The notes below the pieces were generated by a model, which worked only from the letters and a program-made list of their open reading frames with translations, was not told the DNA's origin and searched no databases. A stretch of DNA of 64,000 nucleotides, from positions 484,701 through 548,700 of the forward strand of contig NW_013657673.1 of assembly GCF_000142905.1 (NCBI RefSeq), given 5' to 3'. The stretch comes from Thecamonas trahens ATCC 50062. Its lineage: Eukaryota; Protista; Apusomonadida. Of this stretch, positions 23,106-34,518 are shown in pieces (the stretch's first letter is position 1; the number at the start of each line of letters is the position of its first letter). Position numbers and translations under genes: made by a program.

Positions 23106-26100
23106 ATGCTACGAACGGCTAGGACCGCACTGGTCGTGGCGGTCATGTTCATCGCAGCGCTCGCTACAGCTGCTTCGTCGCCATCGTCTCCTGCGGTCTC
23201 GAACTTGCCTGCGGGTGATTCTGGATCGCCAGCCGAGGCTAGGCTCCGTGTTGATGGTCACACCTGGTTCTCCGAGCAGATTGGCCTCTCGCCGCCACAC
23301 CTCAACTTTGAAGCCCGCCCGCTGGCATCGCCGCTGATGAAGCCTGTGCTTGTCATCAATGGCCTCACGCTCGCGCCGCTTGTCATCGAAAAGGTGGTCA
23401 CCGACTCGATCCACTTTTTCCCCTCGGTCACGCTGCCGCTGGAAATCCCACCGCTCTCCAACGCCTCCATCCCCATCGTCTTTGTACCGCGCGACCTTGG
23501 CCGGGTCGAATCGCAGATTGTCCTCGTCACTTCGGAAGGCCGCATCCCGTACCCGGTGTTTGGAACCGGGACGCCGTCACCGCTCCACCTGGACCCGCTC
23601 GTCGACATCCTGCTCTTCCCCGAGCAGCGCCTCACCCGCCCGCTGCATCTGTTCAACCCTTTCCCAGACAAGGACCTTCGTGTGCTCAACATCTCGTCGT
23701 CGGGCTTTGCCTTTGAGCTCCACGTCCTCCCCGAGAACTCGGACCTCCGCGACCGCGCCTGGAACATCCCGCCTCATCGCTCGTCGCACGTCGGCTCGCT
23801 CGTTTTCGCCTCGCCGGTCCCTGGGGCCTACACCGGAGCCTTTGTCAACATCAAGACCGACGCCCAGTCGGTCTTTCTCCCGGTTGACATCACTGTCATC
23901 GACGCCGGCCTCCACCTCCAGCCCTCGTTCCTCGACTTTGGCCACATCACCTCGCCCGACTCGCCCAAGACCCTCAACCTCATCCTTTACAACGCCCGTT
24001 CGGTCCCGCTCCTTATCACCGACGTGTACCTGCCCAAGCCCGAGCCATCGCTTCGGATCCGCTTTGCCCGCAACACCGTCGCGCCAAAGTCGTCGCTCGT
24101 CATCGCCGTCCTCACCTTTACCGGCAAGACCGAAGGCACCTTTGCCTCGTGCCTCCTCATCGCCACCAACGCCACCCAGGCCGATGCCTCGGCAGACTTT
24201 GCCTCGGCCTCGGAGGCCGAGCGCCGCTTTGTCTCGCCGCCGCAGACCGGCGGTGCCTCCAACGCTGTTGCCGGCGCCACACAAGGCGTCATCCAGACTG
24301 CCCCACCCCAGACCTCGCTCTTCCCGTCCATCCCGCACACACTCTCTGTCTACGCAGAGTCCGGCGCCTTGCTCGAAGTCGGCTACTCGGCCACGGTCCT
24401 CTTTGGCTCGCTCGGCTTCTCGTCGCGCAATACCTCGTTTGCCGTCTCGGAGCCGCCGTTTGTCGAAACGCACCGTGTCCTCGTCCTCACCAACAAGTTC
24501 CCCATGGCAATCATCTTTGTTTCGGCTTACGTGCCGGACCCCAACTTTCGCATCACCAGCTTCCGCCCCAACCGCATCCTGCGTCCAGGCGCCTCGGCGC
24601 CGATCATCTCCATTGCCTTCAAGGCAAACTCGAGCTCGCTCGTCTACTCGACCCCGCTTGTTCTCCGCACCAACGTCTCAGTCCTCACCATTCCTCTCCA
24701 AACCTACTCGGGCAAGCTCGACTACGACATCGTTGATGCGCACTCATCCCCGACGTCCGATGCACCCTCTTCGCAGGCGGCGCGGGATCCCAACGCGACA
24801 GGCTCGACCGCTGCCTCTGAGTGGGACGGCACCCCGCTCGAGGGCGTGACGACCCCGGTCCTTGACTTTGGCCTCCTTGGCGCCGACGAAGTCCGTTCCC
24901 GCTCGTTCAACCTCTCCAACTCGGCGCCCATTTCGCTCACCGTCCACGCCATCACTTGCGACTTGCCCAACGTTGTCATCCGCCTCGACTCGATCTCCAA
25001 CGCCTTTGGCTACACCACGCCCATTGCTGCACTCCCGGCCGAGCCGAGCAACCCTTCCAGGGCGACGCCCAACGCCGCTGACGATGACACAGCCGCCGCC
25101 GCGATCACCCCGGATCCGTTCTTCCTCAAGGCTGGCTACTCGGCCATTCTCATCGCCGAGCTCACCGCTGCAGGCGTGACCGACGCCTATGGCACCATCT
25201 CCGTCGCCACCGACTTTGAAACGCTCGACATCCCGGTCCACTACAATGCCATCTCGGGCTCGCTCGATCTCACCCCGTCGCTTGTCCGTTTCGGCCCGGC
25301 CTTCCCGGACTGGTTCCTGGCGCTGACATTTACGCCCGCAACACGTACGACCGCACGCTCACGCTCACCTCGATGACCTCATCCGACGTCCGCGTCGTGC
25401 CCGAACTCAAGGTCACACAGCTGCCACCGGGAGAGCGCGTTTGTATCGGCTCGGTCGTCTTTGACGCCGCCCGCGGGCCCAAGACTCAGAACTTTCTCAC
25501 CACCGCCCTCACGTCGGCCCTCGACTCGGCGAGCACCGTCCGTGCCTCGCCGCCGAATACGCCTCTCACCAAGGCCGACGCCCGCATCTTCTCGCGGCGC
25601 ACCGACATCTGGACCCGCATCACCTCGAAAGCCTCGACCACGATCCGCGGGACCGTGACCCTTGCCTCGGACGTTGTCGAGGGTGCGCGTATCTCGGTCC
25701 GCGCCGCCCTTGTTCAGCCGTCGATCCTCCTCCCGCCGCCTGCTGCCGACGCGTCGACGCCCAGCGACGCCGACGCCATCCTCGTCTTTGACCTCGTCCA
25801 TGTCTCGGGCTCGGCCTCGTTGCCAGTCACCGTGTACAACCCTGCCGACGTCCCGGTCTCGTTTGCGCTCCTGGGCGTGACCGGCCCCGACGGATCGGCA
25901 CTCGATGCGTTTGCCTGCTTTGGCGATGCCAACGTTGCCGACGGCTTCACCTCGGGCTCGCTCGAGTTGCCCGAGTCGCCGAATTGCGACTCGGGCCCGT
26001 TTGCACTTGTCGAGCCAAGCGGTTTGCTCTTCTCGTCGTCGCCGTCGCTGGTTGTTGTCGAGCCGCATGGCTCGGCTGCCATCGGATCAATCATGTTTGA

Positions 26101-28312
26101 GCCGACCGCCGCCGGCCCGGCCGCCGCCACCGTCCACGTCCGGTCCAACCTCACGTTGGTCACCTCGTTCCCGGTCACGGGCACGGGCGGCAAGGCGGTT
26201 CTCCAGTTTGTGGAGAAGCGGCTGCGGCCCAAGTCACCCAAGACAGTCTCATCGTTCACCAGGGGTGCGGTGGTCGTGCTCGACAAGCTCGAGCTCGCGC
26301 TGCCCGACGCTGCTCTGGAGACATGCGCCTCGGACGACGCCGTGCACTCGCTCCTCACCGACGGTTCGTCGCTCTCGGCGGCGCTGGCCGTCACGGCTTC
26401 GTTCACTCTCCGCAACTCTGGTGACGTCGAGGCCGAAGTTGTCCAGGTCGGTGTCATCGGTCCGAGCGCAAGTGCCTTTTCCGTTCACTCGGCACATGAG
26501 CGGTTTGTCCTCGCCCCGGGCGCATCCCACGAGGTGACCCTCACGTTTGCGCCCGACTTTTCGACTCTGCTCTCACAGGCGCAGCTCGAGGTGGCCACCT
26601 CGCGCGGCGGGCGGCTTGTCTTTACTGTAGAGGGCACGATGGCGCCGGCAACGCTGGCGGCCTGCGCCGCGCACGTCTCGTTTGCACCTTCGGCAACCCG
26701 CTGGATCCTTCTTGTCGTCATCTCATCACTCTTGGGTGCCGTCCTGGCGCGTGTCAAGTTCCGTGCCAGCGACACACCGATGGCGCTCCTCGCCGCCGCA
26801 GTCGATGAGGCCGAAGCTGGGGCGCGGGCAAAGGCAGCCAACAAGCCGGCGTCGCCGAGCAAGCCGTTGCCGTCAGGCACAGTCCCTCGGCCTCCGCCAA
26901 TTGCGCAGCAGCCGCTAGAGGACGGTGAAGAGTCGCCCGCTATTGCCCACGAAATCGGGCAGGCTAGCGACTCGGAGTCGGAGGAGGCTGCCGACGTTGA
27001 CGTCAACGATGACGTCGACGCCGCAGATGGGCCGGCCCAGGCCCAAGCCGCAGCTGAAGCTGCCAAGGCTGAGGCTGAGGCCGAGGCCGAGACCAAGGCT
27101 GCAGCTGAAGCCGCAGCCGCTGAGCAGGCCGCAGCTCGGGCCCGCATCGAGGCCGTCAAGGCCCGCGAGGCCGAGGCTCGCGCAAAGGCCGCAAAGGCCC
27201 GCGAGGCCAAGGCTCGCGAGGATGCGATCAAGGCCCGCGAGGCCAAGGCGCGTGCCGAGGTGAGAGAGGCCCGCGAGGCTAAGGCCCGGATGGAGGCGGT
27301 CAAGGCCCGCGAAGCCAAGGTCCGCTCCGAAGCTACCAGGGCCCGTCAGGCTAAGATGCCGCAAGCTCGAGCGGAAGCTCAGCAGGTGGCACCACCCCCG
27401 AGCCTAGTCGACGACCGTCGGTGCAAGCAGCGGTCCGAGAAGCGGTCCGAGAAGCGGTCCGAGAAGCGGTCCGAGAAAAACAAGCGAAGGAGCCGTAAGG
27501 ACCGCAAAGAACGCAGTGGTCGCACCGAGCACGGCGGGCGCGATGCATACCTCCTCGACTCGGTGGACATCGGCAAGGGTACGTTCCGTGATGGATACTT
27601 TGTGAGCGAGAAGCCGTCGCAGGCAATGGCGGTGCCGCTGAGCCCCGCGCGCGAGCCGCGAAACGCGCGGCCGGTGCATGCGCCGGGCACGTTTGGGGCG
27701 ATCGGCTCGCCCCCCAAGGCGGTCGGGCCGCCGGGCGCGAGCAGCCCCGGGGCCCATACTGCCTTTCTCGTGCCCCCCGGCTCGGGGCGTGGTGGCATCC
27801 GCAAGAACCTCTCTGACGACGACCTCGTCAACGCGCCGAACCGGTCGGACCCGATTGTGACGCCGGCGCGGCCGTCGGGCCGTGGCCGTGGGCGGTACAC
27901 CGGGTCGACGCCGCCCAAGGCGGCGGTAGGCCTGCCGCTCGGTCAGCAATCGCAAGCTGGAGTCAGCCTCGCACCGCCCGCGACCTCGCTGTTTGGCGCG
28001 CCGTCAGCCGCCCCAGGTGCATCGTCGTCGCTCTTTCCGGACCTCTGGGCCCCGTCTTGCTTTGTGCAGACACCGCCTGCATCGGCCGCGCTCGGCAACC
28101 AGGCGTTCACCTCGTCGAACCCTTTCACGTCGGGCGCGTTTGACGCCAGCACTGGTGCACCGCTCATGGGCGCCATCGGGTTGCCGCCGCGGACCAACAC
28201 CGTTGCGCCGCCGTCCGGCGTGGCGCCCATCGGGTCGCCACCGCGATCGTCGGGCGTGGGCGCCATCGGCGACGGCAAGCCACGGCGGCCTCGGTCACAC
28301 CGCCGCCGGTAG
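23106..28312 (+). CDS. TMEM131: TMEM131-like protein: signal peptide, repeated Ig/PapD-like domains, TM, charged low-complexity tail (apparent frameshift ~25306)
   Basis: IVFVPRDLGRVESQIVLVTSEGRIPYPVFGTG, LDFG motifs, FGPAFPG (restored), VRSNLT, FTLRNSG, FAPDFS; TM near WILLVVISSLLGAVL. Confidence 0.85.
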
Positions 28313-28440
28313 TCGCTACCAACCCCCTCAATAACACCTACATGTGGCCTCCATGTCCTGCACCCGTCGCTCGACTGCCAGCTCAAAAGCGCCGGCCGAA
28401 ACGGGCACTTGACTCGTTGCCAACGACCGTGCCGGCGGGC

Positions 28441-31400
28441 ATGAGCAGCGGAGCGAGCCAGGCGGATGAGCTTGTGTCAGACTTTGTGGTGGCAGCAGAG
28501 CACTTGCGGGAGATGGCGAGAGCGCGGAACGGGGGCGAGCCCGGTGCCAGGGGGGGGCGACGGCCGCGGGCAGGAGTGGCGAAAAGGTCGTGGTCGCCGA
28601 CAACTGGCCCGAGCTGCCGTTTGTGTGCAAGACGCTCGAGGCTGCGCTGATGCATGGATTCAACGGAAAGACCTCGATCTTTCGCGGCAAGCGCGAGTAC
28701 TTTCATTGGCTGGAAAAGCGGCGTCCGAGGGGCTCTTCACCCCGGCAGCGAAGCAGGCCATGGCCAACGCTGTCGAGTTCTCGGGCATTCGCACTCCGCT
28801 CGGCCGGGGACGGGCGTTCATCCGTGCGGCTCTGGTGGCATGCGCGCTGGGTGATGCTATCGAGGCTGCATCCTCGGTCATCAAGCTCCTTACTGCGTTC
28901 TACCTCGACAAGGCTCTCATGCGCGACAACAAGCTCCGTGGCAAGCTGCTGGACGAGATCCGGTCGCTCGAGGCCGCTGTCTGGTTTGACCTTCATCCAG
29001 GCGATGTGAGCCTCGACGATTCTTGGGAACCGCACGCCGATGTGGCGAGAATCTCGGTCGAGACCGTGGCCGAGCCGGCGGCTGTAGCGGCTGTGGCGGC
29101 GGAGGCCGAGCCGGCGACCAAGGCGGAGGCCCAGCCGAAGGCCGAGGCCGAGCTGAAGACCGACGGGTCTGATGTGTCGGTCGCAGTGGCAGCTGTGCGG
29201 AAGAATGCGCGTCGGAGGCTGGAAGAGATGCAGACACATCTGGAAGTGGTGGAGAAGCGTGCGGTGATGGCCGAGGCCGCATTGGCGCGCGCGGTCGATG
29301 CGGACGAGCTTGAGGCTGCAAAAGCTGAGGCGGCGGCGGCGGCAAGGGTCGAGGTCGAAGCCGAGGTCGAGGCCGAGGTTGAGGCCAAGATAGAGGCTGC
29401 CAAGGCCGAGGCGGCGGCAGCAGCCAAGGCCGAGGTCGAGGCCGAGGTTGAGGCCAAGATAGAGGCTGCCAAGGCCGAGGCTGTGGCGGCGGCAAGGGTC
29501 GAGGTCGAAGCCGAGGTTGAGACCAAGATAGAGGCTGCCAAGGCCGAGGCTGTGGCGGCAGTCAGGGCCGAGGTCGAGGCCGAGGTTGAGGCCAAGATAG
29601 AGGCTGCCAAGGCCGAGGCTGTGGCGGCAGTCAGGGCCGAGGTCGAGGCCGAGGTTGAGGCCAAGATAGAGGCTGTCAAGGCCGAGGCAGCGGCGGCAGC
29701 CAGGGCCGAGGTCGAGGTCGAGGTTGAAGCTAGGGTTCAAGAAGTCGAGTCTGACGCTGATGCCGAGATGCAGAGCCTCAGGGCTAAGCTTGACACTGTG
29801 GTAGACGATGCGCGCCGTGAGTCCGAGAAGGCGCACGCTCGTGCTGCTACACTTGAGGCTGCGCTCGCCGAGGCACGCACAGGTTTTGGCGCTGACGCCG
29901 AGCAGGCCGTGGCGCGCATCAGTGAGCTCGAGCACGCCCTTGCTGAGGCCGCCGACACAAAGACAGATCTGGAAATGGCTCTTTCGCGGGCCACCGACCA
30001 GAGCGCCGCCCTGCAAGCCGAGCTCGAGACCAGCACTGCGCAGGTCACGCAACTGCAGGCTGACCTGTCTGATGCCCAGCTGGCTGCCGAAGCTGATCGG
30101 TCTGCTGCCGCTGGCCATGTTCAGCGTCTTGAGCACACCGTTGCGGTTGCTGAGGCAAGTGCTGCCGAGTCGAGCAAGGCTTGTCAAGCTCTTCGAGTCA
30201 ATCTTGCCACCACCCAGGCCGAACTAGTCGCAGCACAGGACACCTACGCCGAGTCAGCCGAGTCCCGCGACGCTCTCCAGGCAGACCTAGCCTCCGCCAT
30301 CGCAGCCCGCGATGCGCTTGAAGCAGATCACGCCGTCGCAATCTCGCAGCTCCGCCAAGAGCTGGCCGAGTCGGTCGAGTCCCGCGACGCTCTCCAGGCA
30401 GACCTAGCCTCCGCCATCGCAGCCCGCGATGCGCTTGAAGCAGATCACGCCGTCGCAATCTCGCAGCTCCGCCAAGAGCTGGCCGAGTCGGTCGAGTCCC
30501 GCGACGCTCTCCAGGCAGACCTAGCCTCCGCCATCGCAGCCCGCGATGCGCTTGAAGCAGATCACGCCGTCGCAATCTCGCAGCTCCGCCACGAGCTGGC
30601 CGATACCCTCGCTTCTCGCGGCTCTGAGCTTGACAAGACGAAGAGCGAGTTGGAGCAGGCGCGAGCCGCCCTGGTCGGCCTGCGTGTCGAACTCGACGAC
30701 GCCATCTCTGCCCGCGATGCCGCGACTGCCGAAAATGAGAGGCTTTGCGCCGAACTTGACAGCGTCCGCATCGCCCGTGATGCTGTCGTAGAGACTGCAG
30801 CTGGCGATAAGGCTGCGGCCGACGGTCTACACGCGGCGCTGGAGGAGAAGCAGTCTGAACTCGACGCACTGGCTGAGACTGTCTTGCGCCTCGAGGCTGA
30901 GGTCGATCACGTCCGGACAGCTCTGGCCACCGCCGAAGCCGAGCTGGCAGCAAAGGTCGAGGCCGTCACAAAGTACGAGGAGCAGAACATGCGGTTGGTG
31001 GCCGAGCTCGGATCCACCAACAACCTCGAGTTGCAGCTCGAGGCTGCCACCGCAGAGGCGGCGGCCACAGCCGACGCACTCTCGATGGCCTGCGCCGAGC
31101 GCGATGCTGCCCAGGAGCAGATCCACAGCCTCAATGCCAGGCTACAGAAGAGCACCGCTGCTCACGCAGGCACCCAGGCCGAACTCGACAACGCCCGCGG
31201 CGAGCTCGACAAGGCCCAGGCCGCTAGGACTACTGCCGAGGCCGAGCTCGCGCGCGTCAGCAAAGAGCTTGCGAGCGTTACCGACCAAGTCCGCGAGACT
31301 GCCTCGGCCCGCGACGCGCTCGCCGCCGACCTTTCGGCCGCCGAAGCCCGGGCCGCGGCCGCCGACGAGGCGCAAGCCGCCAACGCTGCCGCACTCGCCG

Positions 31401-31831
31401 ATGCCAACGCGCAACATGCCGCCGCCGCTGCTGCCGCTCGTGCCGAGTACGAGTCTGTCGCCAAGCAGCTGGCAGACCGGAACTTGCTCTACGAGGAGCT
31501 GGAGGCGGAACTTGCATCCCAGCAGACCCGGACCGAGTCGCTCGCCGAGTCTGTCTCGGACCTGCTCGCCACCGTCGCCACCCTCGAGGAGGAGCTCGAG
31601 GCCAAGGCGGCACTGGCGTTGGAGAAAAAGTGGGTGCCCAACTCGGCCACGTCCGACTGTATGGGCTGCACTACCAGCTTCTCGATGACCCGACGACGGC
31701 ACCACTGCCGATCGTGCGGTGGCGTGTTCTGCAAGGCGTGCTCGACGTCGCGGGCCCAGCTCTCGTCGGCGCCCAAGCCGGTCAGGGTATGCGACGCATG
31801 CTACGCCAAGCTGCAAGCGGCGAAGCCGTAA
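28441..31831 (+). CDS. RUN - long coiled coil - FYVE protein (RUFY/FYCO1-like); apparent frameshifts ~28553 and ~28716
   Basis: RUN: VCKTLEAALMHGF, TPLGRGRAFIRAAL, FYLDKALM. FYVE: WVPNSATSDCMGC...FSMTRRRHHCRSCGGVFCKACS...VRVCDAC. Confidence 0.9.
29311..29730 (+). repeat. ~69-bp (23-aa) coding repeat EAAKAEAVAAVRAEVEAEVEAKI, ~6 copies
   Basis: Visible in both DNA and translation. Confidence 0.85.
30248..30601 (+). repeat. 117-bp (39-aa) near-perfect coding tandem repeat x3
   Basis: gagtcccgcgacgctctccag recurs at 30260, 30377 and 30494. Confidence 0.95.
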
Positions 31832-31940
31832 AACAGAGAAACATGCCACGGTGGTGCGCGTGACAGCCACCGAACCGAGTCCCCATAGTTCTGGACTGTG
31901 TTGTTCATTTGGAGGCGCGCCACACCGCGCTCATGACGGG

Positions 31941-33473
31941 CTAGTTCGACGGGACCTGGTAGTTGTCAATCTGGTCGAGCAGAGTCTGCGAGTAGCCCGG
32001 AGCATAGAAGCGGACGACCTCGGCCGGGTAGCACGAGTTGATGACGTCGATGTGGGCGCGGAGCTCGGTGCCGGCCTCGGCGTCGACCTCCTGGATCTTC
32101 TGCAAGCCGCCGTTGGTGACAAAGTCGCGACGCGACTGGACATCGTGCGGGAGGACCTTGGCAAACTGGCCGACCACGTACTTGAGGACGTTCGGCGGGG
32201 CGACGTGGAGGAGTGGGTCGAGCGCCGGGAGGTGAACGCACTTTTGCAGGACGCACTTGAGCGCGCGCTTCGACTTGTTGCGCAGGTCCTCCGACGATGC
32301 CGGGTCCATGTACACCTCGAGGAGCTTGGGGAAGACATTGGCGTCCGCCAGCGCCTTGGCATGGTCTGGTGTGTGGCGCCCGATCTGGCCGAGCGCCCAC
32401 GCGCACGCAGCCTTGACATGGTCCTCGGTCTCGGCAACGAGGGCGGCAGCAATGGGCGGCACGCCCTTGTCGGCAATGACCGCCATGGCCAGGGCCTCCG
32501 AGAACGCCGAGATGTAGCCAAGCGTCATGACGCCCGGAAGCCGAGCGTTGCCTGCTGTCTCGTTGACATAGTCAACCATCGCCGCCGCTCCGCCGGCGTT
32601 GACAATCAGCTGCGCCAGCATCGGCGTGTGCTTGGCGATCTCGCGGATGAGCGTCGCCGAGTTCTTCTGCACCAGCGCATCGACGTCGCGCAGGCATTTG
32701 AGCACCTTGGGGAAGATCTCGCCCTCCACCACCAGCTCCGCAAGGTCAACCGAGTGCTTGGCAATCTGCGCCAGCGCCGAGCACACCTGTCGCTTGAGCC
32801 GCGCGTCCGGATTGTGGATGAGGGGCGCGAGGTACGCAATCGCCCCAACGTCGACCACAGACTGCGCCAGCTCGGGTGAGTGCTTGCATATGTCGGCAAG
32901 CGCAGACGCTGAAATCCGCTTGAGCGTCAGCTCCGGCTCCTGCACGCACTGCACAAGCTGCGGCACGGCGCCAGCGTCGACCACGGCCTGCGCCAGCTCG
33001 CCGTTGTGCCGCGCCACATACCCGAGCGCCCACGCCGCCGCCTCCTTGACTCCAGGGTCAAACTCCTCCAGACAAATGACCAGCTCCTCCAGCGCCCGCG
33101 AGTCGACCACCGCCTGCGCAAGCTGTGGAGAGTGCTTCGCCACCGCCCGGATGACAAACGCCGCCGCTTTCTTGTAGAATCGATTCTGTTCACCGAGCGA
33201 GTACACTAGCTGCGGCAAGATGTCGCCGGCAACAACAGCCTCCGCCAGCTCCTCGTTGTAGTTAGCCAGCCGTCCGAGCGCAAGCGCTGCAGACTGCTGG
33301 ATAGACGGCACGTTGTCCAGCAGCAGCGGCCGGAGCAGCGACATGACCCCAGCATTCTGGAGCGCCTCGATGTTCTGCGGCCGCGTCGCCAGCTCGGCCA
33401 CCGTCTGCACAAACGAGACCCGAGCCTTCTGGTACGACTCGAACACCTGCAGCACCGCCCTCGTAGAGCCCAT
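31941..33473 (-). CDS. SPAG6: Axonemal central-pair armadillo protein PF16/SPAG6
   Basis: MGSTRAVLQVFESYQKARVSFVQTVAELATRPQNIEALQNAGVMSLLRPLLLD...; C-terminal INSCYPAEVVRFYAPGYS. Confidence 0.97.
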   Translation of the reverse strand: MGSTRAVLQVFESYQKARVSFVQTVAELATRPQNIEALQNAGVMSLLRPLLLDNVPSIQQSAALALGRLANYNEELAEAVVAGDILPQLVYSLGEQNRFYKKAAAFVIRAVAKHSPQLAQAVVDSRALEELVICLEEFDPGVKEAAAWALGYVARHNGELAQAVVDAGAVPQLVQCVQEPELTLKRISASALADICKHSPELAQSVVDVGAIAYLAPLIHNPDARLKRQVCSALAQIAKHSVDLAELVVEGEIFPKVLKCLRDVDALVQKNSATLIREIAKHTPMLAQLIVNAGGAAAMVDYVNETAGNARLPGVMTLGYISAFSEALAMAVIADKGVPPIAAALVAETEDHVKAACAWALGQIGRHTPDHAKALADANVFPKLLEVYMDPASSEDLRNKSKRALKCVLQKCVHLPALDPLLHVAPPNVLKYVVGQFAKVLPHDVQSRRDFVTNGGLQKIQEVDAEAGTELRAHIDVINSCYPAEVVRFYAPGYSQTLLDQIDNYQVPSN

Positions 33474-34518
33474 TTGCGGCTGTAAAAATCCCATGTCCGT
33501 CATCAGCCACCAGATCGTGCCATTGTCGCCACCAACAACACAACACCCACGCCATACAGTCCGTCCGTCCATTATTTTTGTGTTGCCAAATAGCCATCGC
33601 CCATCAACCATCCGTTGCCATCACCGGTCCGAGTCATGTCAACCATCACATGCCACACCACGAACCATTGAACACACACCACAGCAGCAGGGTAGGGGCA
33701 GGGAGGCACAGCGCACAGAGAGAGCCAGAGCAGACGGAGACACACACACACGCACACACGCACGCACGCACGCACACGCACACGCCATATACACCCCATA
33801 GTGAGTAAGCTCTTGCTTTCCTCTCTCCCTCTCTCTCCCTCTCTCTTTGCCCCCCCCCCCCCCCCTCCCATGTCGCCGACCTGGCCGATTTGGCCGACTT
33901 GGCCGATTTGGTGGTGGAAAGCGGGGTGGGGGGGGAGGGGGAGGGGGGGGGGGGGAGGAGGGGGGGTCAGACAGCAGAGGGAAGATAGACAGCGCATTCC
34001 AGCGAGACCAGTGTGACAAGTCGTGGTGCTTGTTTCGCTTAATACAGTTGTTCTAGCTGGTCCAGCTCTCAACCCTTCTCCGTACCTAGTGGGAAAGTCG
34101 GGTGTGAGCGGCTTGACCGGTCGGCAGTTCAGCCGTTGGCGAATGAACGACGAGTTGGCGGGGCGGGTGAGGGGTGGGGGGTGGGGGGTGGGGGGTGGGG
34201 TGGGGAAAATATTTTCAGTGTACTGGGTTGGGTCGTGGTAGGGAGGGATGTCGTGGTGAGCGATGGGGCTGTGTTCGTTGATGTTGATGATGGGAGGGTA
34301 GATGAGGTGGGAAAGTGGGGGGAGGGGGGGTGGGGAGGGGGAGGGGGGGGGGGGGAGAGGAGGAGGAGGAGGAGGAGGAGGAACGGGTGTAGGGTGCAGC
34401 TAGAGGCAGTGGGGGAACAGGCGATGCAAGGATGGCTTGTTGAAGGATTTTATCTGCCGCAGCAAGTCTGCGAGCCTTCAATCGAGTAAAGGGGCAAGTG
34501 GAGCAACACTCGACGACG

